Positions 13,466-24,900 of a DNA stretch of 64,000 bases are shown in pieces. Positions within the stretch are counted from its first letter, which is position 1. Every line of letters begins with the position of its first letter. The notes beneath the pieces are model-generated. The model saw nothing but the letters and a program-made list of their open reading frames with translations. It was not told the DNA's origin and searched no databases. A program made the translations under genes and the position numbers. The stretch is from Octopus bimaculoides (Eukaryota), in the NCBI RefSeq assembly GCF_001194135.2, contig NC_068997.1, positions 50,332,321 to 50,396,320 on the forward strand, read 5' to 3'.

Positions 13466-13769
13466 AATAATAATAATAATAATAACCCTGAAGTAGTTGT
13501 ATGCTGTCAACTTAATGTGACAGTCCCCTGAAGGGAATAATACTACTGCTATTTAGCCCTAGGAAGCAGCACTGCTTTCTGTCAGCCTTGACACATTTCC
13601 TGTGTCCTTATGTTTACTACAAGGGGGAGACATGTATTATTTCTAAATAAATGTTTACATAAATAATAGACCTTCCTAGGTCTAATCAACAGTAGTATTA
13701 TTCCCTTCAGGGGACTGTCACATTAAGTTGACAGCATACAACTACTTCTGGGTTATTATTATTATTATT
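13466..13769. repeat. Long inverted repeat: ~100-bp arms, ~105-bp spacer
   Basis: 13481-13566 is a near-perfect reverse complement of 13672-13760. Confidence 0.92.
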
Positions 13770-14227
13770 AATATTGTTATTATTATTTATTTATTTATGT
13801 TTACAAGGGGGAGAAATGTATTATTTCATGCTCTGTAACGAAGATTACTTTGCACTCCTCAGTAGAGAACAAATTTAGAGTGGATTGTAGGTAATTGACA
13901 TTTCATCGTCGTTTAACGTCCATTTTCCATGCTGGCATGGGTTGTACGGTTTGACTGAGGTCTGGAGAGCCAGCGGCTGCACCAGGCTCCAATCTGATCT
14001 GGCAGAGTTTCTACAGATGAATGCCCTTCCTAATGCCAATCACTTTGAGAGTGTAGTGGATGCTTTTTACATGCTACCGGGTCAGGAGCCAGTCAGGCGG
14101 GACTGGCATCGATCACATTCGGATGGTGCTTTTTACGTGCCACCAGTATAGGAGCCAGTCAGTGGGGGTACTGGCATTGGCAACGTTCAGATGGTGCTTT
14201 TTATGTGCCACCAGCACAGGAGCTAGT

Positions 14228-14286
<59 letters not shown>

Positions 14287-15064
14287 CATATATACATGTA
14301 TGTATGTATGTATATATGTATGTGTGTGTGTGTGTAAAGGGCTTGTTACTACTTAAGAAGAGTGGACCCAATGTGTGCACTCGCACTAGTCAGTGGACGC
14401 ACGCACACGCACAAATCAGTGGCACCTGCGATAAAAATAAGCCTCCATATGTTTAAATATGTGTAAAGTGTAAAACAGGGTAGAATTTTGTGTACTCCCA
14501 TTATACTCTTAAAATCTGCATTTATATAAAATGTATTCTTTATAACACTTCATACGCATATATAACGAACATATTGTATATATCATAGATATAGAAATAT
14601 ATCTATAAAGAATTAATTCAATTCTATAACAATCAATAAATCAATTCATTAATCGTTACGAGACAGACAGAAAAGAAAAACCATCGATAATCCGCGAGAG
14701 AACTGCTAGATTGATTGATTCGTTTGGTTGGCGAAAATTAGTTGCAAGGGAGATAATTATAGTATCACAAGACTAGCCGTGATTACCTCCCATTAGTTCA
14801 GGAACGCTTTTGGTTCTCTCATCAAGGAATTTACTCTGTTTGGGGGTAAAAGTTGGATGTAAGGAAAGTAGGGAAAGGGGTCTGGAATAGGGGGAAAAGG
14901 TCTAAAAAGTCATAGGAATAAAGGGTTAAATTTGCCACGTAAAAAGTTTGGAGCCTGAACGGATGAGGTGTTGTGGGAAGGAGAGGTGTGAAGGTGATGT
15001 AGAGGGACCATGGACCTTCCAGGTAAGACAAATGAATATTAGGACGATGGAAAGGAGAAGGAGG

Positions 15065-15290
15065 CTAATTATGGTTAAGATTGAAAGGATGATGATGGTG
15101 GTGATGGAGGTTGCGATAATGGTGACGATGATGATGATGAGGAGGAGGCTGGTAATAATGGTGGTGGTGATGAGGGTGAAGATGACGAGGACGAGAATAG
15201 CCTGGAGGAGGAGGCTATTACTACTAATGATGATGGTGGGGGTGCCACAATGGTAATGACAATTGCAGCGGTGATGATGAAGATGAAGAT
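15065..15290. repeat. Degenerate (GAT/GGT/GAG)n trinucleotide tract; similar tract at 16852-16945
   Basis: Seen directly. Confidence 0.85.
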
Positions 15291-17269
15291 GGCCCGAATC
15301 CCTTTATAGCAACAAAATATAAAGCATTTTGATCTGCTACAAATAGCATCTAATGAATGGAATAGTTTCAGTAAGAAAATATACATTAAATAAAACATGA
15401 GACTGAAAGATTTTGGAATGGAATCATTAGTGGTTACTAGATAGGTCAACTAAAAACCTTCTACATGAAGATACTAGAAACAGCAGTCAAATTCCTCTCA
15501 ACACACACATGTTGTTTTATAAAAATGGAAGGATACATTAGAATACATTTGATGCACTGCGTCTGAAAAGATGGTGAGACCCTCACAGCTGAAATGCTGC
15601 TTTCGTTGTTGGTCTGTTTAGTCATGGTTGACAGGGGCTAAAGGACAAGTCTACTCAACCAAGCTTGACCGAGGGCTAAACAACTGATGTTGTCAACTAA
15701 GGAGTGTGTCTGTGGGTCACATTGCTCACATACATGTTGTCATGGGGCCACATATCTTTCAACACATATTTACAACAAAGATTTCTGTCATATCAGTTCT
15801 TTATTATTTGGCAAAAATCTTTTAAAACTTTTTATTTGCTCATCAATAATCCTATTTTTATTAATTAAGTCGTTATTGATTATTTTTATTATTAAAAATT
15901 TGGGGTGGGCGTTCCCCATTTTTAAACCTCCAGTTGCTCCACTCATGGGCCTTACATGTGTTTGAAAAACTCGCATACAGCCTGTGAACCACATATTTCG
16001 CTTGCCCATCATAGACCTGTTATAATAAAGAACACTGAAATCTAATAGAGATTTTTTTTATTATAAACACCAAGATGTCGTTACTATGAACAACAAACCG
16101 TGAGATACTTCGAAGCTTATTATTCTGGGACCAGGTATGATAGTAGTTGCTGTTATGATGTTAGCTGACCATTGTGTGTTGCTCTAGCTGTCCAATCATG
16201 TTGTGACAGTGATTAACTACTGCCTGTACCACTTTTTTCCCTCTTCTAAAGGATATTTACCTGATTCTCTAAGCTCTCCTCACAGCCTACCTGTGGTTGC
16301 AAATTCCTTTATTTTCTCCTCACCATCAACATTTAATATCCATTGTCCATGCTGGCATGGCTGGACGGTTTGACCAAGGCTGGCAAACTGAGGGACTGCA
16401 CCAGACTTTAGTCTGATTTGACATGTTTTCTATGGCTGGATGCCCTTCCTAATGCCAATCACTCCAAGAGTGTATTGGGTGCTTTTACATGTAACCGGTG
16501 CTTGTGCACCATTGCCTCAATACTCAGGATATCAGATTTCCTCAGGACCTTTGCATCTGGAGTTTTTAAGATCCAGACAACATTCAAAATGTATATTGGT
16601 ATGTGTGTGTGTTTGTGCCTTCTTGTCTTGATATTTTGTGATAATTGTAAACGAGTGTCACTGTTATGCAAGCAGCACTATTCCATGAAAACATGACTGG
16701 TCATGGCAGGGTGGGGAGGGAAATATTATCTTGCTAGGGAAAAAAAAGTCAGGGTTAGCAACAGGAAGAGCGCTCACCCACAGAAAACCCCTTCCTCAGT
16801 GGACCCCTGATTGAACCACGCAAGTATGGAAAAAAGGACGGGAAAATAACAGTGGTGATGATGGTGATACTGATGATGATGGTGGTGATGAGGATGATGA
16901 TGATGATAATGATGACAGCAGCAAGAGTGGTGATGATGATGAAGATCATGATTATACACGCGCGCACACACACACACTATTTTGTGATCAGCCTTGCAAG
17001 TTGGCCCACATTATACAGCCTGCAGATTATATTAATCTCATTTCACTCTAAACCTTGCACTTCTTAAATATCTATGTCTGTCTTATTCATAAAAACATTG
17101 CTGACTTTCTGTTTGATTAAGAAGCTTGTTTCCCAACCATGAAGGTTCAGGGTTCAATCCCAGAGTGTGGCATCTTGGACAAGTGTCTTCTACTATAGCT
17201 GAAGGTCAACTACAGCCTTTTTGAGCGGATTTCATAGGCAGAGACTGAAAGAAGCTTGTCATATATACC

Positions 17270-17650
17270 TGGTGGTTGTGTACTCCTTATGCAGAGTCTG
17301 ACCACCTCTTGCACTTTAGATCCATCATGGCGTCTGATGTGGCTTTTTAAAGCAGACCATGTTTTGAAACAGACATCCACATAGATTGCATATCCAATTT
17401 GGACCACTGAGAGCAGCAGTTAAGTTCCGATCTTTGTAGATCTTAAAATGTCTTTTGACGACTCCATTAGATTTGCAGACCTAATGGTATACATGGCATT
17501 GAAAGATGTGCACAGACATATAGGCAGAATAGTTGGTGGAGGTTCATTTTTCATGGGTCCACAAATGAGATTTGAGCCCAGCAAACGAAAGCCGTGGTCT
17601 GTCACAAACTTTGCACACAAAAAGGTCATTGTGATTGACCTTCCTAGTCA
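17270..17650 (-). pseudogene. Three degenerate tandem C2H2 zinc fingers, probably the 3' end of a non-LTR retrotransposon
   Basis: CKVCDRPRLSFAGLKSHLWTH; CHVYH*VCKSNGVVKRHFKIY; CNLCGC/FKTWSALKSHIRRH; two stops and a frameshift. Confidence 0.7.
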
Positions 17651-17806
17651 TATCATTAATGTGTGTGTGTGTGTGTATACAGACACAGCTTGGATTATAA
17701 CCCCTTATATTCACTATACACACACGCATATATAATATGAATGAGTGTGAATGGACAAACAAAAGAAAATTCATGCTTAACACATACATGCGGTAGGAGT
17801 TACACA

Positions 17807-18043
17807 TACAGGCTGTTCAAAAAGTCTCTCCACAGTAAGTATTGAATGGTTTTCAGGTAATTCTTGTACACTGATCCTTTACTTGTTCCACAGAAAAAAA
17901 GTTTCACAGTGATAAATAAGCTGATCTTGGTGGCTAAAGTCCCTTTGAAATAATCCGTTCACTGAAAAACTCTTGGAGTAGCGCCACAGTGATGGGCAGG
18001 ATGGAAAAAATTCACTGCGGAGAGACTTTTTAAACATGCTGTA
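17807..18043. mobile_element. Tc1/mariner-type MITE
   Basis: ~30-bp TIRs tacaggctgttcaaaaagtctctccacagt / actgcggagagactttttaaacatgctgta, with TA at both ends. Confidence 0.82.
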
Positions 18044-18159
18044 TTATTTAACCCTTTAGCCTTTCAACTGACCATATCAAGCTGAAATATTCTACTTGTT
18101 TTACATTCAAATTGGCCAGGTTTGGCTTCTCATTAAACCACAATTAAATGGAAATTGTG

Positions 18160-18585
18160 GTTGATGCCAGCGCCGCTTCTCTGGCTCCCTGTTGTGGTGG
18201 CACGTAAAAAGCACCATCCGAACATGGTCGATGCCAGCCCCCTTGGCTCCTGTGCCAGTGACATTTAAAAAGCACCATCCAAACGTGGTCGATGCCAGGC
18301 CCCTTGCCACGCTTGGCTCCTGTGCCAGTGGCACATAAAAAGCACCATCCAAACGTGGTCGGTGCCAGTGCCGCCTTGATTGGCCCCCATGCCGGTGGCA
18401 TGTAAAAGGCACCCACTACGCTTTTGGAGTGGTTGCCGTTAGGAAGGGCATCCAGCCGTAGAAACACTGCCTGATCAGACTGGAGCATGGTGCAGCCTCC
18501 TGGCTTCCCAGACCCCAGTCGAACCGTCCAACCCATGCCAGCATGGAAAACGGACGTTAAACGATGATGATGACGATGACGATGA
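18160..18585 (+). mobile_element. SINE/LINE-tail family C ending ggacgttaaacgatgatg, with internal ~60-70 bp tandem repeat (4 units)
   Basis: Repeated aaaaagcaccatcc(g/a)aac(a/g)tggtcg units; (GAT)n tail; other copies at ~13905-14225 (-), ~16320-16500 (-), ~33340-33490 and ~51295-51485. Confidence 0.8.
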
Positions 18586-18991
18586 CACCATTTAAATCAC
18601 AAAGCTACAAGATAATGTATGATTAATATCCAAAACAGAGTAAATAAATATACATTACATTTGACAGAATAACTTGAATGTTGAAGGATTAATAACCATT
18701 TGACTCAGAGTCTTCAAGGCTTGTCAAACGAACCTGTCTCGTCAGGCTGAAATAATCTCTCAAAGTTAACAGCGGTGCCCCAGCATGGCTGTAACTCCCC
18801 AGCTGAAACGTGTTACACACACACACACATATTTATACATATACGTGTGTTTGTGTGTACAATATATTTTGATTCGACAGATGTTAGGAAGTGACTCAAG
18901 GGTCGAAAGTTTCGTTCACCGTACTTATCAAAGTATATACACACATAGGAAGATAGAGAGGTACAGAAATAAATAGATAAGTATATATATA

Positions 18992-19354
18992 GGCGCAGGA
19001 GTGGCTGTGTGGTAAGTAGCTTGCTTACCAACCACATGGTTCCGGGTTCAGTCCCACAGTGTGACACTTTGGGCAGGTGTCTTCTACTATAGCCCCGGGC
19101 CGACCAAAGCCTTGTGAGAGGATTTGGTAGTCCGTCGTATATATATATGTGTGTGTGTGTGTGTTTATGTGTCTGTGTTTGTACTCCCCCCCCACCTCAA
19201 CATCGCTTGACAACCGATGGTGGTGTGCTTATGTTCCTCGTAACTTAGCGGTTCGGCATAAAGAACCAATAAAATAAGTACTAGGCTTACAAAGAATAAG
19301 TCCTTGGTGCTTCAGCATGGCCGCAGTCAAATGACTGAAACAAATAAAAGAATA
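18992..19354 (+). mobile_element. Near full-length tRNA-derived SINE family A (ggcgcaggagtggctgtgtggtaag...ggttccgggttcagtccc...gactgaaacaaataaaag)
   Basis: A-box/B-box-like head, central TA/TG microsatellite and conserved tail; many copies in the window. Confidence 0.88.
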
Positions 19355-19659
19355 TATAGAGAGGGGAGGGGAGGGGGAGAATAGAAAAAGAAAAAGTGAA
19401 ACTAAATTCTAAAGAATAAAAAGGGGAGGGCATAGAAAAGTGATCTTGCATCTGATGGGGTGAGTGACAGGACAGGGTGAAGTAGGGAGGGGACAAAAGG
19501 GCCACAGCGATAGGGAAAATAGAGAGGGCTGCAGGGGTCTTGGGTTGGTATATAAGGAATCATAAACAAAATGTGACTTGTGAAAACAGTGGTAGACAAT
19601 AAAAGCGGGTCCTGGATGAAATAAGGGAACGCACGGGCGACTTGGACACGCATGTGTGT

Positions 19660-20260
19660 CTGGGGAGAGAGAAGTAGGGAGTGGGGTATTGAAGAAGGGT
19701 AACAGGATAGTAATAGGGACGTGTGTAAATGAGAGACAGAGGGAAGAATAAAAGTGTGGTAGTAAAGAGAGAGGGGGAGGAGAAAGAGACAGAAAAAATT
19801 AAATAGAGAGAAGAAAAGTTAGAGAGAAAGGGAAAGCGTGAGGAGGAGAAGAGAAGAGGTATGGAAAGAAATGAAAACGAAGAGAAAGATATAATTTAGA
19901 GAGAGAGTAGGAGAGATAGACCGTGTAGAGAGAAGGGGAGATAGGAAGGGAAAGTGACACACAGAGAGGGGGGAATAGAAAGGGAAGAGACAGACAGAGG
20001 GAGAGATAGAAAGGGAAGAAAGAGAGAGAGAGAGAGAGAGAATTAGGAGAGGGAAAATGTAAAAAAAGTAAAAGTGAGAGAATAGAAAACCGAGGAAGCA
20101 AGGTAAAATATAAATAGGTAGGTTGATAGATAGATAGATAGATAGAGAGAGAGAATGTGTTGGTGAATAGGGGTACAATGAAATGAGGTGCAGGAGGAGG
20201 GAAATTTCAACGAGTAACAAGATAAAAATGAACGAAGAATAGAAGCGTGGAGAGAGTGTA
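19660..20260 (+). repeat. Polypurine (GA-rich) tract upstream of PA2G4; similar tracts at ~62990-63170 and ~63680-63950
   Basis: Strong purine bias on the + strand. Confidence 0.85.
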
Positions 20261-20579
20261 TATATATGTTGGTAGGACTGTGTATATATATATATATGTA
20301 GGGATCAGCACGTATGTGTGCCTTGTAGCCGTCTGTATGACTATGCGTCTGTCAGTATGTAAGTGTGCGCGTTAGTACAGATATGTATGTGCGTGCGTGC
20401 TCTGGTGTCAGTACATGTCTGTGTTTGTGCGCGCATCCGTATGTATCTATGTGTATGTACCTTTACTTATGTGTATGCGCGCATCTGTCTGTATGTGCGT
20501 GCGTCAGTACGTATTTCTGTACATGTGAGTGCGTGCATGAGTAGGTATGAATGTGTGTGTGTGTGTGTGTCAAAGTACG

Positions 20580-20688
20580 TATGCGTATATGCGGCGGCGG
20601 CGGCGGTGTTGTTGTTTGAAGGTGAGAGTGAGGCTGGTCGTCGTCGTTCCCGCCTTCCTTTCACTTGGAACTCTTCAATACTTCCAAC
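20580..20688 (+). promoter_or_regulatory. Probable PA2G4 core promoter / 5'UTR: (GCG)5 run, CpG-rich stretch, pyrimidine tract cgttcccgccttcctttcac (TCT/5'TOP-like)
   Basis: CpG-rich sequence directly upstream of the ATG in an otherwise CpG-poor window. The TSS position is inferred, not seen. Confidence 0.45.
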
Positions 20689-20773
20689 ATGGCTGACAAA
20701 GAAGACACCGAGAATTCTCCTGCCCAGGATTTAGTCGTCACCAAATATAAAATGGTCGGCGACATGGTCAATG
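20689..20773 (+). CDS. PA2G4: PA2G4 coding exon 1 ([28 protein letters not shown], phase 1)
   Basis: ATG in caacATGG context; DLVVTKYKM motif; donor G|GTACGT at 20774. Confidence 0.93.
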
Positions 20774-21401
20774 GTACGTTAAACAAACGAAAAAATACCT
20801 TCAATCCACTTCTCATTAAATCTTCACTTTTTTCGCCTAAAACAATTCCTTTCTTCGTAAAGAAATAACACACATATATATATCCACCATTCTATCTCTC
20901 AAATCCCCTCTCTCATTCTCTCTTGTCCCCCTCTCTATTATCATCTATCCTCTTTCTCCTCTCTCTCTCGTCTCTCCTTTACTCTTTCTTTCTGTAAAGC
21001 TTTTATCATTTTCACTTTTTCCTTTATAGTTTTTTCCATTCACTTTTTTTAAGCAACGTACCTCTTCTTTCCATATAAACTGTATATATACACACATATA
21101 TAACTTAATATGTATATATTTCTCCACATATATATATAGACATGAATTTGTGGTCTTCTACACTCATATGCCCTTATATATATGCAGCACATGTATCGTT
21201 ATCACCATCACCGCTAAATAATAATAATAATAATCATTATTATAGTTCAGTAATTTCAAACTACAACCATACCCATATATATTTTTAAAATTACTTTCAT
21301 ACATTTAAATTAACCAATTAATAAAATCAAAATTAATTAACACTGGTCTCCCAACCAACACGCAGTCAGCCTGACACAACCATGTATATATATAATACTC
21401 G

Positions 21402-21433
<32 letters not shown>

Positions 21434-21967
21434 TCTATATTTATATATACCCGTTCATACACATGTAGATAACTGAAATATATTATAGTTCCTTTAAATA
21501 TATACCCCGATCGTTCGTCTGTTTAGTTTCAAGAACAGCATTGAAAGTTCTTGGTTGATGGAACCGAAAGAATCTAAGTGGGAAAGTACTTCAAATCCAC
21601 AATAATAGAAGACGAGCAGCAACACCACATGCTTTACATATGGCACAGTTCCTTGTTTTGTCACCCACTAATTGGACGGCAAGAACACATGCTTTCTTCA
21701 CCGATATATTTTCATTTCCTTCTCTCTCTATCTTGATTTTTTTAAGGCCTTCTCTCTCTCTCTCAGGTTTTTTTTCTGTCTCATTTTGTTAATATTGTGA
21801 AATATTAACTTATATTTTGTGATAGATTCGAAGGGTTTTTTTTCTGTTGGTTTTTAAATTTTGTGTCATTTATTTGACACACTATATGTATGTGGTCTTA
21901 CTGTCTTCGTGTGAATCCTATATATGTAACCGTATATATGTATATATATAGACACACATCTAGCTAT

Positions 21968-21998
<31 letters not shown>

Positions 21999-24900
21999 TC
22001 TAGCTATTTATATATATATATGTATGTATAAGGAGAGATAGGTACGAAGAGGGTGAAAAACGGAACGTTGAAAATAAGAAAAATTCACCTCAAAAACTAC
22101 ACGCGTGTGTTTGTCTAAACAGATTGTGTGTGTGTGTGCTTGGTGTAGTAGTTTAACACCGGGCCAATCTTGATCGAGTACTGTTATGAGTAAAGGTGTT
22201 CTATCCATGACCAGTCCATTTGTTTGATGCGGTAACGTTGAAATTTGGATTCCGCTAATCCTATCACGTAGAAGTATTCCCCTTGTGTGTGCGTGTGAAT
22301 ATGTATATATATATATATATTTCTCATGTGTTCGGCTTGTCATATTACTCTGTATGTGGTTCACAGTGCCTAAAACGAATAGATGACTACAAAATTAAAA
22401 TACATATATCTATCTCAAAATATCTGTGGTGGTGATCCAATATAACCCAGTACTCTCGCATTTATACACGTGTGAATGTGTGTATGTGTATATATATTTA
22501 TATGTTCATATTCTAAGTCCGCAAAGTACTTACATTTTTCCCGTTATAAACTAAAAATGACTACAGACAGTGCTTGTTAATCCTGTCTCTCTCTATTTCG
22601 ATAGTCGATCCCTTTTATTTCATAACTTCTGTGAAATTATATTCTATTAAACCTTTAATATTTGCCATTGATAATAAGTAATAATTTTAAAACAGATATA
22701 AGATTGCTGGACTCGCTAATGGTACTTAATTTTACGTAGATCCTTAAGGTGATCATTGAAATATATCTAATATATATATATAAAATCTGGAGAGTTGAGA
22801 GATCGATCTACCCTCTGTCCCCTTTCGTACTATTTTATAAAGAACGGGATATATAGATGGTGGTGGTGGGGTGTAAAAAAACCCCCCGAAAACCATCGGT
22901 TCTCCCGGTGGCTACTCCGCCGGCTGGACAATAGAAATAAGCGTGTGTCTACTTGGCAAGCTTCAGTTACAAAGAAGTAGGCCATGTGGTGCAATAAGGC
23001 CAGTTTCTTTTTTCATAAAACCACACTTCTCTGCTTCTGTTCTTTCATTGCATCACGCACACACACACATGTATGTATATATATATATATATATATAAAT
23101 AATATTAGATAGATATATATATGTGTGTATATCCGAGTGTGTGTGTGTAATGCATATGTAGTTGTGCTCGGTAATCTACCATTAGGATTTGTCGATACTC
23201 CACGTGCAATGCTTCCCGCAGCTATTTTCTTCTCACAGTCTTTTTCTCTTTTTGCCACCTCGTATATCTCATTGTAAATAGACGTCATTAATTATTATTA
23301 ATATTAATAATTTCCACTCAGCACCATCGTTAATCAATTTCATTATTTCAACAGCAACAAAAATTATATAAAAATAACCCAGATTTTCTATGTAAACTTA
23401 TTCCGTCTACACACACACACACACAATAGATTAAGTCCCTTGCGTGGTGGACCAAATTTCTTGCGATATTTTTTCTGTTTTTTTACAACTTTTTCCCCCC
23501 TTTTCTCCCTTCGCTAGGAGGGGGTTAATAGCGATGGTGAGTGTCTGACTCCACCCCTCCCTCACTAGTCACTGGTGTCAAATCAGTTGTGACACAATGC
23601 TGTTAGCAGCGCACGGCTATTAACTGCGGCTCTTTGTCTAGATAATTTTTTGTGACCATTCCTGGGTTGCCTACACTTTCGTAAATGTTACCTAAGTATA
23701 TAATATATATAGACGTGTATGTCAATCTAGGTGGGGAAACGAACAGGTCCCGCTATTCTGTGCATACACGACCCAGCTTGGCTCCAAATGCGGTGTAAAT
23801 AAGTAATTAAATTCTGCTGTTCCAGAGACGTCTTGGGCTATGATGGAGCCTTGACAGTATATTTACGGTCACAGTGACTGGTTGAAATAGAGACCCGCCA
23901 CCAAACGTACCTTGTTCATAAGTATGTATGTATGATGATTCTGTATGGCTGTTATACAGAAAATTAAGGCAGTTGTAAAACTAAAGATAACGTTGTCGCC
24001 TTGGGGTATGTAAGGGCTGAATAGTTGCTTTTTGGTAGGGGTAACAGAGCAGAATTAGTTGGACTGATTCCAGAATAATATAACGTTAAGGAGTACAAAT
24101 TAACCTGGGGAGATATAGAGTGGAGGTACTTGGGTTAATTTAATCTTCCAAGTGAATGTTGACAATATACAGCAATTAGTGTGTGAGACTCAGCTATTCT
24201 GTGAAGCTTTGGTAATGTTCAGTTTTTTAAAAATGGTAAATAAAATTTCTTCCTGGAGCTACTCACGTTTCAGTCTTGGTTCCCTTAATAAGATGGCAAG
24301 ACATAATAATGACTCTTTCACAGTAGAACTTTACTAATGTTGTCTAACCTATTAAATTTCGTTGGTTGTCATTGCGTAAGTGCATCAATCTGCCAATCCT
24401 CAGAGGTTTTTGCAATGAGAGGAAATATTATATTTGACTCTTCGTGGAACCACAGTGAACTGTTTTATTTTACTATCCTAGTGGCGGTCTGAGAGAAAGG
24501 AAAAGCAGAATCCATGGTCCTTGGGATTTTTAACTCCACATAAGTTTGTGTGTGTGTGTGTGTGTAATAATGCATGCGTGGCTCTGTGGTTCATTGTAGA
24601 ACCACCATGATTTCAGGTTCAATCTCATTGCTCACCATCTTGGTGTCTTCTACTATAGCCCCGGACAAGTGACTTTGAAGTGTATGTGGCCAACAGGAAC
24701 TATACAGAAGCCTGTTGTGTGTGTTCGTGTTTCATCACTTGACAAGTTTTTGTTTTTTTTTGTTTTTTGTTTTTTTTGTCTCTGTGACTTAATGGTTTGG
24801 AAATATGAGATTGATAGAATAAGTGCCAAACATGAAAATAAATGCTGAGGTCAGTTTAATCAAGCAAAAACTCTTCAAAGTCTTGTCCCAGCATGGCTGC

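Noticed and set aside
14948-15449. Met/Arg-rich and Ser/Pro-rich ORFs
   Set aside because: Translations of a degenerate trinucleotide repeat
18160-18420. Regularly spaced ~25-bp repeats resembling a CRISPR array
   Set aside because: The spacers are homologous to each other; it is a minisatellite inside a eukaryotic SINE and there are no cas genes
23933-24022. C/D snoRNA candidates in PA2G4 introns (ATGATGA...CTGA here, GTGATGT...CTGA at ~41782-41854)
   Set aside because: Terminal stems are 3 bp or less, there are no clear C'/D' boxes, and I could not recognise an rRNA-complementary guide
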